A stretch of 64,000 bases of DNA, taken from Mytilus trossulus (lineage: Eukaryota). The stretch spans positions 51,398,001 through 51,462,000 of the forward strand of contig NC_086381.1 in assembly GCF_036588685.1 (NCBI RefSeq), written 5' to 3'. Position 1 is the stretch's first letter, and every line of letters starts with the position of its first letter. Positions 38,701-50,563 of this stretch are shown here, one piece after another. The position numbers and the translations under genes were made by a program. The notes under the pieces are model-generated. The model made no database searches and was not told the DNA's origin. It saw only the letters and a list, made by a program, of their open reading frames with translations.

Positions 38701-41700
38701 ATGATTTTATCTGAAATTATTTGAGTTAAACGTACAATATTCCTTCCAATTCTAGCCTTTTTATTGTAAACATGGTAAAGGCTAGAGTTTACTTTTTGTA
38801 TGTACTAATATAAAGTTGGCTTTTTTTTTCTTTTTGACCCGCCTTATTTAGTTTATTTGTATAAGTATTCTGTGTTGTATGAATGTATGCATGTATGCTA
38901 ACTCAAGTCGTTTGTTCCATAACAGATACTGTACCAGCGTCCGATATTACAACATTTACAATTTCGGTTGAAGTTCCTGAACTGGATTCTAATGTAAAAG
39001 CGAGTAATAGTAAGTTACTCATTTGATGTTCCGTTATATAGCCGTGTATGATTTATCAATTGCATGTTACTTGTGTACGGCATATGTTGTACATTCTCTC
39101 TGTTCCTCGATTTCCAATTTTACATATACATCAGTTCATCCTCTATTGACTCTTAAAATTCAAGAGTTAATCTAAAAATGAGGGTACTTTCTCTAAAAGT
39201 GAGGGTGCTTTTTATATGGCCTTCCAAATACCGTTTCGATCCCTAACATCACTGAAGAGACATTTATTGTCAAAATCCGGATATGGCCATGGTGTACTAA
39301 AGAAATATTGACACCGAATGTTTGTGGCACAAAATCCTGTCCACAAGTTAACAATTTTTTTTTTTCTGTGACGTATTAAATTTATATTTGGATCCATTTT
39401 GTTACATCTTGTGATCAATTTTATTTGGCAATCGCCAATGGCAGTCAGCAGGGTTAAAGAACATCAGTTGTTCGACCTGTTAGTCAAATGCGTTTTGTTT
39501 AAAAATACTTTTTCACTTCTTTGGTCTTTTTGGAAAATGTTGTTTGTGCTGTTTTTAGACCCTTCTACAACGACATTTGTGTTACATGCACACGTATAAA
39601 AGTTGCGGTTTTTATCCAACGCAATCATCGGTTTGACCGTAGTTTTCAATTTAGACTCGTATATATATCCATATATATATGTAGCTCGTCTAAACATCAA
39701 CCCAACAATGTTAGATCTGTTAATATGCTTTCGCAAATTTTTCGTTCTTCCCTCGCCGGGATTCGAACCCATGCTACTGTGATATCGTGACAGCAAATCG
39801 CCTGTTCTGACATTATTCATCATCTAAATAACGTATTAATTTTCTTTGTTTTTCTTTGTATTTTTAGATTCATTTTTAAGTCATTTATGAGCATTATTTT
39901 GTCTGGTCTGTGCGTCCGTTACCTCGTTCGTTCGTCCGTTCGTCCGTCTGTCCCGCTCATGGTAAAGTGTTCAGGTTAATGTTTTTGGTTGAGTTAGTTT
40001 TTGATGAAGTTGAAGTCCAATCAACTTGAAACTTAGTACACATGTCCACTTCGATATGATCTTACGTATTCATTTGCCGAAAAAGAGATTTAACCCCATT
40101 TTAACGGTCCACTGAATATAGAAAAATAACAGTCTTGATGGGCATCTGTGTACTATGGACATATTCTTGTTGTTTTTAATGCAGTTTGTCACTTAAAAAT
40201 TACTTCTTGTTTCACATTTGTCTTTTTGTTTTACTTATATACCTTATTTACCTTGTTTTCATGCCATTCAGTTTCAACAGTTATTTATGATTAAGATTTT
40301 ATAATAATGTTGACTGATGTACCAACAATTTGACGTTTTTTACTCATTATGTTTAATTACTCACTTATGGTTGTCAACATAATAGAATAAGTGAGATTTT
40401 AGATGTTTAGCTAGCTATAAAATAAGGTTTAATCCCAATTTTCTACATAGGAAAATGTCTGGTTATGACCTGTGGTTTCCATTCGTTAGAAATGTTTGAG
40501 CTTTTGATTTGTCATTTAATAAAGGACTTTACGTTTTGAATTTCCCTGGGAGTTCGTTAGTTTTGTTTTTTTAACGGTTGTTCATATACATTTCAGATAT
40601 TCTACTGATAACACTGGTTATAACAGCCGTACAAGCTGTTGTGGTTTTTATTGTAGTGATCGTTGTATGCATAAGGTATGGTTTCCTGCTAAAATTATTA
40701 TCGAATGGATAGGACTGGAAGTATATTTTCTTATTTAAAACTGATGTCGCAGTTAAAAACAAATTGGAGTAAAAAATGTAATGAGATATTATCGATAGTT
40801 TTTCTAGCAATTGAAACATATAAATACCAAACTTATTATTATCCTTTTGAAGTTGTAAATGTATACCTCAAGTATATAAAAACAAAAAGACAGAATTGCA
40901 TCACCTAATTATAACCATTTTTTACAAATATGTTTCTTTTTTTTTTCAAATCTATTGTCCAATTTTGTAATAACTTGCATAAGCGAGAAGCTATTATATG
41001 ATATTGCCTTGAGTATATTTGGCAAAACTTTAAGGAATGTCTTGTCCTAACTGCTCTTCAAATTCGTACTTTATTAGGCCTTTTCAACATTTTGTCATTC
41101 TAGAGTCACTGATGGGTCTTTTGTAGACGAAACGCGCGTCTAGATCAAATATACAATTCAAATACAGGTACCTATGATGCGTTTCACCAAAAAGGATTGA
41201 TAAGAAAAGCCAAATGAATATTCAACCATATTTGCATGACTGAGTAGAAACATAAGTTTCTTGATCATTTCTGTATTGATCAACGACGTATTTTAGCAAA
41301 TTATGTTAACAGTACCTTAGCAAGGGTTTTTGAGCTAAAAATTCAGTCGGAGAACATAATGGGGTTAATTGATGGTTACATATATTGATATTTGGAGATC
41401 TTGTACTGTTGACTGTTCATTCTGTTACAGTTTAAGTCTATCTTTTATTGTTACATTATTGATAAATTCATAAATAAGCTAAAATGCAACTCCTTGATGT
41501 TTTCGTTTGATAGTCCCAATCCCTAATCTCGGATTATCAATCTGTTATCTCGAATTAAGACAATATACCTTGAATATATTTAATACTCCGTTATATTAGA
41601 ATTTTATTACATTTTTTTATATTGAGGAATAGTTATATTTTAGGTTACGTGATCAAGAGTTTTGAAGACGAAGTCTATTCTTCCAAAACATTCCGTTTAA

Positions 41701-42503
41701 TAACTTGCAATCTAAGAGTTCTTGCATGGAAACCATGTGTAAACTGACGAACGACAACATACTCAAGCTCATGCATTGTTCAGGTTCTATTTATATTTTT
41801 GTCCTATTGAAAATCAGGCATGTGGTCATACAACATTCGAACATTTTTATTGTACTCAGACTCATGAATTAACCAATAAAATTACTGATTTGTTGTTTTG
41901 GGCACATATTTGGTACTAAGATAACTACTAGAGCTTTATTTTACGACCGAGAGTAACGTCTGCATCTGGTTTGTCAAGATCACAAAGTTTGAGCATCATT
42001 ACAGATATAATACGTATTAAAATGTTAAACTGGTGCAGTAAACTTGAAAACACTGATGTTATTTTAGAAAATGCATTTAATTATATTGATATTTCAATCC
42101 GTGAACTTTCACTTTATCACTTATCTTTTTTTTTTGTTTGTTCAGACGTCGGAACTCATCAATAACTCGACATCAACAAACTCCTGTTCCAACCAATGAA
42201 GTTACATACGCTCAGGTCAACAAGCCTACAAAAGAGAAAACACCTGACCATGCTGGCGAACAGACTAGAAAAAACCCAGTCGACGATGCCTATGATCATA
42301 TGGAACATCATCGACTCAGTCAGTATCAGATTCCAACTGAGAGCAATTATGATACCATGCAGTCTGGTGGAAATGAAGAATTGGAAAATGACTATGACGT
42401 CACAAGTGGAACAGACAGACCAAGACAAATTGTCGTTGATGATAGTTCAGAATATAGTCATGTACAGGTAGAACATCATGAAATAAAAGATCCATCGGCT
42501 TAA
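29578..42503 (+). CDS. Single-pass type I membrane receptor (CTL-like/WSC ectodomain, Tyr-motif tail); exons 29578-29745, 30786-30898, 33112-33262, 35807-35923, 36916-37079, 38280-38471, 38926-39009, 40597-40675, 42146-42503; start/signal exon not resolved
   Basis: GT-AG exons encoding SWKEANEIC, a WSC Cys pattern (YKDC...CLQYCEDYDYIGLQ...CSC...C...C.GD...YC), CTL-like C...C...C closures, a ~25-aa hydrophobic TM followed by RRR, and a tail with VTYAQV/SEYSHV. One phase mismatch at 37079/38280. Confidence 0.75.
30786..30898 (+). CDS. Receptor exon: WSC domain N-half (DCVNVK…GQCLQYCEDYDYIGLQ)
   Basis: WSC consensus C..C...Y.Y.GLQ; ctag/gtacgt junctions. Confidence 0.85.
32217..32846. mobile_element. 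MITE flanked by TTAA (Kolobok-like), with internal 26-bp perfect palindrome
   Basis: ttaa|aagggcactagct ... agcaagtgccac|ttaa; aattattcacttgcaagtgaataatt at 32679-32704. Confidence 0.55.
33112..33262 (+). CDS. Receptor exon: WSC domain C-half (QSNCSCLS…GCSHKEICRGDKYAYCANG…IIYKK)
   Basis: CxC...C...C.GD....C pattern of WSC; cag/gtaaat junctions. Confidence 0.85.
34116..34275 (+). mobile_element. tRNA-derived SINE
   Basis: A-box tggtcgtatggt, B-box ggttcgaatccc, no acceptor-stem pairing; 5'-truncated inverted copy at 39683-39804. Confidence 0.75.
35807..35923 (+). CDS. Receptor exon: C-half of CTL-like domain 1 (…IGNCLKVTR…FRASPCNGVSKPLCT)
   Basis: CTL-type C..(x)n..PC.....LC; phase 1-1. Confidence 0.75.
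36916..37079 (+). CDS. Receptor exon: N-half of CTL-like domain 2 (…SQNWISSFSQCK…GLFWLANIRRPYINHFL)
   Basis: 'NW..S...C' and 'FW' CTL-like motifs; atcag/gtatgt junctions. Confidence 0.65.
37368..37426 (+). mobile_element. Hammerhead-bearing repeat fragment (stem III/I 3' arm deleted)
   Basis: tcactgatgagtcttatgtagacgaaac...aatcctggtacctttgataacta. Confidence 0.7.
38280..38471 (+). CDS. Receptor exon: C-half of CTL-like domain 2 plus stalk (…YCMAVTT…RQCTEKLPVLCAV…YSVEIPELDFIVNTTK)
   Basis: C.A....C...LP.LC motif; tttacag/gtacgt junctions. Confidence 0.75.
38926..39009 (+). CDS. Receptor stalk exon (NTVPASDITTFTISVEVPELDSNVKASN)
   Basis: Phase 1-1, gtaagt donor; partial duplicate of the 3' end of the previous exon. 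Confidence 0.7.
39245..39295 (+). mobile_element. Hammerhead-bearing repeat fragment, CUGAAGA subfamily (GAAA->AAAA)
   Basis: catcactgaagagacatttattgtcaaaatccggat; palindromic stem III atccggat. Confidence 0.6.
39683..39804 (-). mobile_element. tRNA-derived SINE, 5'-truncated copy
   Basis: gccgggattcgaacccatgctactgtgatat...aaatcgcctg is the reverse complement of 34155-34270. Confidence 0.75.
39870..40172 (+). mobile_element. pearl/HINE-like non-autonomous element with (GTCC/GTTC)n microsatellite
   Basis: cgttcgttcgtccgttcgtccgtctgtcc followed by a core repeat; inverted homolog at 54038-54505. Confidence 0.6.
40597..40675 (+). CDS. Receptor transmembrane exon (NILLITLVITAVQAVVVFIVVIVVCIR)
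   Basis: ~25 hydrophobic residues; tttcag/gtatgg junctions; phase 1->2. Confidence 0.85.
41005..41180 (+). mobile_element. Hammerhead-bearing repeat, decayed (CUGAUGG, broken stem I)
   Basis: gtcactgatgggtcttttgtagacgaaacgcgcgtc...ggtacctatgat. Confidence 0.7.
42146..42503 (+). CDS. Receptor cytoplasmic tail exon with ITIM/YxxM motifs
   Basis: Long polypyrimidine acceptor; RRRNSS...EVTYAQVNK...DAYDHM...SNYDTM...NDYDVT...SEYSHV...*. Confidence 0.88.
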
Positions 42504-44967
42504 GAAAACAATAATTTAATTAGTGTTTTAACTTAGAAATACACGAAAACTACGTGTATATAACGTTAGCCAGATAATACAGCAGTAGTATCAAAATTAG
42601 TGTTTCTATATATAAAATTTTGTAATACTGTACAGTATAATTGTTTGCAATTTTCTGTGCTTTGCATTTTTTTTTATTTTTAAGATCATACACATTACAG
42701 ACTTTATTTGATTTAGGGAAGTTCAATTTGTATGGCCACATATTTAACAATGACAATGTGTGATTTGGGTTAAAATGTAATGAAAAGAACTATTTAGCAT
42801 GAACGTTTACAATTGTGTGTACGCAAATTTCTCTACTTGTGACTATAACGACAACAAGTGAAATGTTCATTCTAACCATCCACAAATAAACCTAAAATGT
42901 TTAAATAAACGACATATGAAACTCAACATCTGAAAAACTTATTTCATCATCTTATTTTGTTTGCTGATTTTTAAATAAATACATGTATATATTTTGTTGT
43001 CATCCAAAGTGAGTCTTTTGCATGTACAAGTTGTCACTCTAACTCCTTCCGACCGGCATGTAAACCAATAAATACGTAGGTTCGTCAGATCAGAATGTGG
43101 ACGTCACATTTTAACCCAGTATTATAGATGAGTGTAGCGAGAATTGCACCACGCTCAATGTACGCCCAAGAACGTTTGCAACACCTCTTTGAGGAGTCGT
43201 TCTTTTAAGTGGCGATTTTGCACGACTTGACCATTCATGACCACATTTATCAGTCACCATTTCCACCGTCATACTAGGCGACGAACTGTTTAAAACTAAC
43301 TTATTGGGTGTAGTTTAATAAAAGAAGAATACGTTGTATTAGATAGAAGATAAAAGCGAGTCAAAACAATATGAATTTGGAGAAATTATTATTCACAGTG
43401 CGGCCTTTAACAATGAGCAAAATCAACACCATATATAGTCAGCTAAAAAAACTCGACTCGAGCAACTGTGAATTAATTTAAACGAAAAAAACATATCCTG
43501 ATTAATGACAAAAAAATTACGAAAAAAAAGATGCCAAACAAGTACATGAGGCAACCCAAAGTGCACCTATTTATACAGTTTGTCCACCTACGTTTCTTTT
43601 TTATCAAGACAAGTTTCCATCTTACGTTTATCTGATCCTTATGCATCATATAGTGCAACACATTTAATTTTGAATCCATATAAAACGTAGAAAAATAGGG
43701 TTGAACCGACCTTCAAACGACCTATGGTTCGGTTCGGTAATGACGAGTACCCAAATTGCACCAATGCCTTTATTCACGTCTGTAAAAACCGAATAACTGA
43801 TGTTTTGTTTCTTTTCTTCCAAAAATTAAGAACAATTTGACAATAGTCTATGCTTTCTATTAATTTTCAAGAAATGGATTCCTGCAAAACAATGTAATTG
43901 CTTGTTTTAAAAAAATGACTTTTTTGTGGACGTCGCATGGTGTAGTGTTCGTTCATTTCACTTTTTCCAGTTGACACTTCATCTGATGATATAAACTGAA
44001 CGTTTAGTGAATATATAAAGATATTTATTTTTTTGGAAAACATGCATAATGTCAAATTATCCAAAAATACAAATTGTTTAGTTCCTTAGAAAAGTTGTTT
44101 TTCGCTGCTATTTATGCTAAATAAGTGCAATTTGGGTACCCGGTCTAGATTGGTACTGTGACGTTAGAGAATTATGATAAAATGTTAGAAAACACTTCTT
44201 ATGATATGCTTTAGGAATAAAAAACAATTAGTGTTAAAGAAAAGCATGGTCGTTATTTTTACTGTGTTATACTTATATGTAAATATTTAGAAAAGCTGTA
44301 GTCAAATATATATGCATCTTAGATATTGCAAAATAAGTCGTATTGTGATGTATTGTTACATGCACACATACTATGTTGTATAATATAATTATTTGATATG
44401 TTTTAAAACATGAAATGATGTATACTATTGTTTATGCAAATGTTTTTATATCCTGTCATTTTCCTTAAGTATGTGTTCCCATTTTCTGAGAACTAAAGAA
44501 CTCACCGATAAAGATAAAACGTTTTGTCAATATCAATTTGAAAACAGAAAACAAAATTTTGACAGTTGTAGACATAGAAGAAAAATAATGTTGATTTCTT
44601 TACAAACTAACAGACTTGGTTTTTTTAAAAGCCCATATGAAATTAAACTCAATTCAATTGAAAAGTATAGGTTTGTTTTACAGTTGAAGCTACATTTTAA
44701 AAATTAGTACATTCTTTAAACAAAATAGTTTCTACGAATAGCTGTTACTTTGTCAAAATGTAAAACCAAATGGGTAATTTTGGTAGTAAATGAAAACCTC
44801 ACAGTCTTGGGATCACTAGTACTGTAAAACCCTGTATGAACATTTGGTATGAATTAATAAATGTATACAATTATAATAGGAACATATTTGTCCTATTGCT
44901 TTGATCTAATATATCTGTTTTTATACAACCCATATTCGAAAACCAGTGCGCTCCGATATCATGCATG

Positions 44968-45322
44968 AATAAAGGCAACAGTAGTATACCGCTGTTCAAA
45001 ACTCATAAATCCATGGACAAAAAACAAAATCGGGGTAACAAACTAAAACCGAGGGAAAAGCATTAAATATAAGAGGAGAACAACGACACAACACTGAAAT
45101 TTAACACACACAGAAACGGACAGAGCATCAGACGAAATCCCACGAGAATAACAAATATAACATCAAAACCAAATACATGAATTTTGGATAGACAAGTACC
45201 GTGCCACGTCTTATCTTAATATCTCATAAATAAGAGAAAACAAACGACGCAACGCCAAAATGCAACAAACACAGAAACGAGCAATAATATAACAACGGCC
45301 ATCTTCCTGACTTGGTACAGGA
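44968..45322 (+). repeat. Interspersed repeat family D
   Basis: Near-identical to 11311-11634. Confidence 0.85.
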
Positions 45323-47554
45323 AAACACATTTAAAACACGTGCGCATCTGCATTTCTGTAAACAAATCTATCTTTACTACAAAAAAAATACTAAAGAAGG
45401 TAAGTGATGAATAAAGTAGACTGAACACACTTGCAAAATCTGTATGTTTTGACTTTCTGAAAAAAAATCGTTACTATACGTGAACTATTTTCCACTGAAC
45501 GTGATGCAGAAAATATAAAAAAAATAAATCTCTATATTTGAAGATAAATAGGCAGTGCGAACAGTTTTATATAATTATAAATGTCAGTCACTGGAAAATA
45601 GGGCACTGCGTGAATAAGAAGTATGTGAGGTTTACGTCAATAAGGCAGCAAACCAGCAACATACATAACCGACATACATCTAGATGGAGACATTTAAATA
45701 AAATCTTTAACAAAAGACACGTTTCCTAACATTATGTCATATGTGTGCTATCAGATTTGTATATTATGTTTTTGAGCCATCAATGTTCACCGATAGTGTA
45801 GCATGTAACAGAAGGAGAATCAGGTGTGTGTTATACGTTAATAGAACAACTCGAAATCTCTAAATAAAAGGGGATCATTATTATATAGCATACGACCATT
45901 AACGATGATCCTGGCGAGGAACACACACACCTTAAATAAGATGTTACGGGGTTTAAATATATTTGTTATACCTCTCAAACATCCACTGTTATCTTAAAAA
46001 AATGATATGAGAGATAAGAAAATATAATAGTAAATTTTAGAATGTATCTCGTCTCCTCGATGTTTGTACTGGTTTTACCAAGTCAAAACGAGGGTCAAGT
46101 TTCCCGAATGTTCGACTAGTATTACTTCACTGCGGTTAGTTCATATATTAAAGATTTTAAAGACCTTGACTGACTAAACAGCCCTTGCACGTTTGGTTAT
46201 GTTCACATTGTTGCAAGGCTAACAAACCTGCATGTAATGAATGTGTTATGAAAAAGGTTTAGTAATACGGAACTTTTTCAAAGATTTGCAAATTTAAGTT
46301 AATTATCTGTAGAAAATATGGTGAAGACTCAATCTATGTTACCTTTTTTGGGGGGTATTTCATTTTAGCCTGCGGAGATCACAACTTGAAAAGGACGAAA
46401 AAGGCCAATAATAAACGTATACATGGTAGATAACACGTAAATAGATATCCAGATTTCTACAAATACCTTATAATTTTAGATAAAATTAGCAAAAAGATAA
46501 CTATATACGTTGTTAAACCCTTTACAGCGTGTGCTAGCCTGTGAAAGAAGCTGGCTTGTTTTATTATGTATTATATCTAGGAAACACATTTGTGTTTGGT
46601 TTTACGTGTCCTTCTTTAAGTTAATTGGTCTGTCGTGACACTTAAACCTTAAAATTATGAATAAAAAAAGATACATGGTGTATGAAAAAAAAAAAAAGCA
46701 AAATAACAACACACAATTAAATGGTATGAAATTCGCTGTTTTTACTTTGTTAGATTGTCAGTTAAAATATACATAGCTCTTGTCGTGCAAGGTTTTTTTT
46801 TAAAGTACGTATGACGGCATTATATTGAAGTGATAGAAACTAAGAATTTAAACGAAGGCCTACGTCGAATAGGCGAGTTGTAGTGGTGTGCAATACCGTT
46901 AATCCGAGAAGATGAATGATATCGACAACAGCCAAAGTCTAGCACAATTGCTTCGCAAACTATTAAAGCGGCTCAAGTCTAATTTTAGTTAACTTCAGAA
47001 TTACACTTACACAATCATTTCGTAATGAAAAAAAAATAAAACAAGTCGTAAGTCGAAGTTGACATCAATATGTATGGTAACAGAACAAAAAAACTGGACA
47101 AATAATCAACTTAGTTGAACACAGGAGAGAATGTCAATTTAGTTACTCGTCTAATGAACAGTGAGATGATATAAGGAAGAAAAAACAATGTTACAACTGC
47201 TGAAGGAGCAGTTCAAGGTATTACACCCTGACATAATATAACAGAACAAAGACCAATGCATTTGAAGAAAGTCTCGTTTTAGAGTCACACAACAATTTAA
47301 AAAAGGTTTCTCGTTTATTTTTATTTTCCTCCAGAAAATTAGTAAGACCACAAAGAGCGTTCATGTACACATGTACGTCTGCGCTAATTTCCCGAAATTA
47401 ATAGTCTGTGTGTTATTTCTTTAATTTTAACACCGAAGGTCTTGAACTTAAAAATGCCCGGTTATGAATATGTCAAATGGGTTATGTTGGAAGTAAACAC
47501 ATGCTGCAAGTTTTTCAATCACTGCAGAACCCTTCATGGCCGTTCACACACATG

Positions 47555-47980
47555 GTGAAGTTAAATTAATCTCTTCGTAAATTTTACGGACGCCATTACG
47601 AGTTGATTGACCTCTACGGAATATCCGTTTCACAGATGATAGCAGATATGTTCCTTATTTCGTAACTGCAATCCCGTTCCCTTTTCACGGATGCGACCTA
47701 CCGAATAAGACTCATTACCGAGTTTTTACTAACAATATAGAAACACAACGGGTGCAACATGAGAAGTAAGAATTGCCTTCCCTTCCAAAGGACCTAATAT
47801 CACCCCCTTTGTTTGGTAGGGATCGTGTTGAATAGTCTGTATTTTTCTATGTTGTGTTTGTGAACTATTATTGGTCTGTTTGTCTACTTTGTTATTAACA
47901 AGTTTGTAGCCATGGCTTTGTCAGTTGATTTTTCGATTTATGATTTTGAATGTCCCTCTGATATCTTTCAACCCTCTTTT
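47555..47980 (+). mobile_element. Longer family-A copy with a retroelement-like coding remnant (SLRKFYGRHYELIDLYGISVSQM)
   Basis: The peptide resembles the C-terminal end of Penelope-like RT ORFs (recalled, not searched); it is followed by the family-A tail. Confidence 0.5.
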
Positions 47981-48639
47981 CAGAATATATTCATCTGATG
48001 TTTCAGTTCCGTTGAAATCTTTAACAAAAAATATAAAAATATTTTAAGCATGTTAAATGTATAACTAATTCGATCAAAGTATATTATGTCACCAGGTAAA
48101 ATGTTGAGAAAATAGTAAAAAGAGGGTAAAAAGAAAGGATTGTATCAAAAATTATAAACAGTTTAAAATCATTGATTTTCCCTTCCAAATGCGTAGATAA
48201 TACTAAGTAGGGTGCAGTCCGGTGTATCCAAGCACAGAAGACTTATGACTTCACTTCATTCAACTAATAAAGCCAATAATTGGATAAAGTTGTTGGAAGA
48301 CATTTATAACATAGTTGTATTTCATTAAATCTTCTGTTTGTATGGTTTCAGCCTCAAGATTTTCTTAAATGTGTTTCCCTGTTTTGAGAGATCCTCTAAT
48401 GTCCGGTGATTTCAAGAATGCCTTTCTAAAATAGTTTATTTTAAATAAGGGAAAGATTTTAAACAACTAAATATATATAGTTGAAGTTGAACAAAACACA
48501 CTTCCAATGATGCACCGCAACATTTATAGTTTGATGATATAATTTTAACCTAAAAAAACAGATTTTATCTGATGATGTATTATTTTTTAAATAAAAATTT
48601 GCTAAATATGATAAACCACGGGATTTGGTTTAACCTTAT

Positions 48640-49600
48640 TTAAGTAATTCATATTTTCAGATCTTTTTTTTCTAAAACAGGACACTGAAGAAGAAATTGA
48701 TTTTCATCCTCAACTTCAATGTTGCATAATTTCCATATTCTATCCTCCACCGAAGACCCATATACATGAACCTGCCTCTATCAATTTCTAATTTATGTGC
48801 ACTGACTCTGAACTTAGTGAGCAGTCGCCTTTCATCCTCATTCAAAATTATTAAATATCTTTCCATACAAATATTTTCTTCAACTAATCTGTAAGGTCTT
48901 AGCTTTATTTTCATGCTGTTTATTTTGTCTATCATTGTAAAGTTCAGATTTCTAAATGCAAGAATATTTCTGTTTTGATTTCCGGTAAATTAGTGATTTT
49001 AAATACATCCTTGAATTTTTAAAATGCTTGAGATCTATATCAAGATATATTAAGAATAATAATACAACTATACCAACTATTTTTGTTAAATCTATTTAGT
49101 GATCTAGAGACATTAAGAGCGTCAGAGAGGACTTTAATATATATTTATAATATCTACGCATACTTAAAATTACATCAAGAAATAAGGGATATCTTCCAAT
49201 TTCACCCAATACAGCTATAGTTGTAGATGTTTTTAGTCAAACCAACATTTACAGAATGTGTCATGAATATTTCTTGTTTCATGTCCCTGCATAGTTGAAA
49301 TAGATTATGTTCATTTTTATTTAGTTTATGTATTACTTAAGCTCCCCATATTTCACTCCCATTTAACAACACAGGTGTCACAGTATGATGAAATATATAT
49401 GTGAAATTTGTTGATTTTTAGGCTTATATAACTTAAAACTTCCTATATATTTACAACCCCTAGCACTTTCAATAGGTACATTTTTTATCATTAAATATTA
49501 TTTCATACTATTTTTCTGTTTAATCAAATACTACTGATTTAGTTTTTTTTATATTTATTTGGATCCCCCATTATCACAGTAATTATATAGTTTACACATC
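48640..49600 (-). pseudogene. Decayed CR1/L2-type LINE ORF2 3' fragment
   Basis: Remnants TPVLLNGSEIWG, AVLGEIGRYPL, MERYL...ERRLLTKFRVSAHKLEIDRGR; frameshifts. Confidence 0.75.
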
Positions 49601-49939
49601 TGTAATCTACAATACATGTTAAATACATTTTACGAATATGTGACCAGCCATGAGATTTTCAGGCTTATGGAGGTTTTAGAACCAAAATGAGTTTTTTGCA
49701 TTTTTATGAAGTACACATAGATATAAAACACCCAGGAAGAGTTTTTGGTCGAATTATCAAAATTAAAAGAATCGTGCGCATTTTTGTGAGATGCAATTTT
49801 TTTTTTAAATTGTATCACTTTGCAATATTTCTAAGGTTTATCTAATTTAGTTCTCCTTGCAAGTTGACATATGGTTGTGTGTTTGATTTTTTTTAGTCTT
49901 CAAAATTATCAAAATGTAACTAAAGTGAACTAAATTTAT

Positions 49940-50165
49940 TGATGATATTATTGTGACGAATGGAAAATGAAAATAAATACAAATAAAACTAAAGTTTTGA
50001 TCTTTTCGAGTGGCAGAATGCCAGCAAATCTCAAGTTCACAGTTAATTGTAACGACATTAAAATTGTCAAAGAATACAAATATTTAGGTATTTTATTTTC
50101 TAGAAGTGGATCCTTTTTATCAAATAAAAAATATTTAAAAGAACAAGCCACAAAAGCTGATGCAA
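49940..50165 (+). pseudogene. LINE reverse transcriptase C-terminal fragment
   Basis: YCDEWKMKINTNKTKVLIFS...IVKEYKYLGILFSRSGSF...QATKA. Confidence 0.8.
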
Positions 50166-50450
50166 CATAGAAAACTAAAGATTTAGCAAAACAAACCTAG
50201 CTAACAAAAAACTGGCGGTGATATCTGGTACTCAGGAAGAGTAAGCAGATCCCATACACTTCTGTAAATATATATATATATATATATGATTATAAACAGT
50301 AAATTTAGTAAGTTCCAAATTTCAGATGAGACATAATTTGCAGTCATTCAATGAATTAATTGTCATTTACTTTGAAATACAAGTCATATTTAAAATTATA
50401 CTGTAATAGAAATATACAACTAATATTAAAAACACTTCATAAAATGTCTT

Positions 50451-50563
50451 TCAAAGTTTATTTGTTGTGTGTTGCTTCTTCGAAATTCTATTTTCATGAT
50501 TTTCTTCTACTATTATTACCTTTGCAAATTGTCGTTCCTTTTTCAACATATCACTCCTGTCAC
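50451..50563 (-). CDS. TRPM-like B terminal coding exon: GDRSDMLKKERQFAKVIIVEENHENRISKKQHTTNKL*
   Basis: Phase 1 acceptor ttatag; homologous to the last exon of paralog A. Confidence 0.75.
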
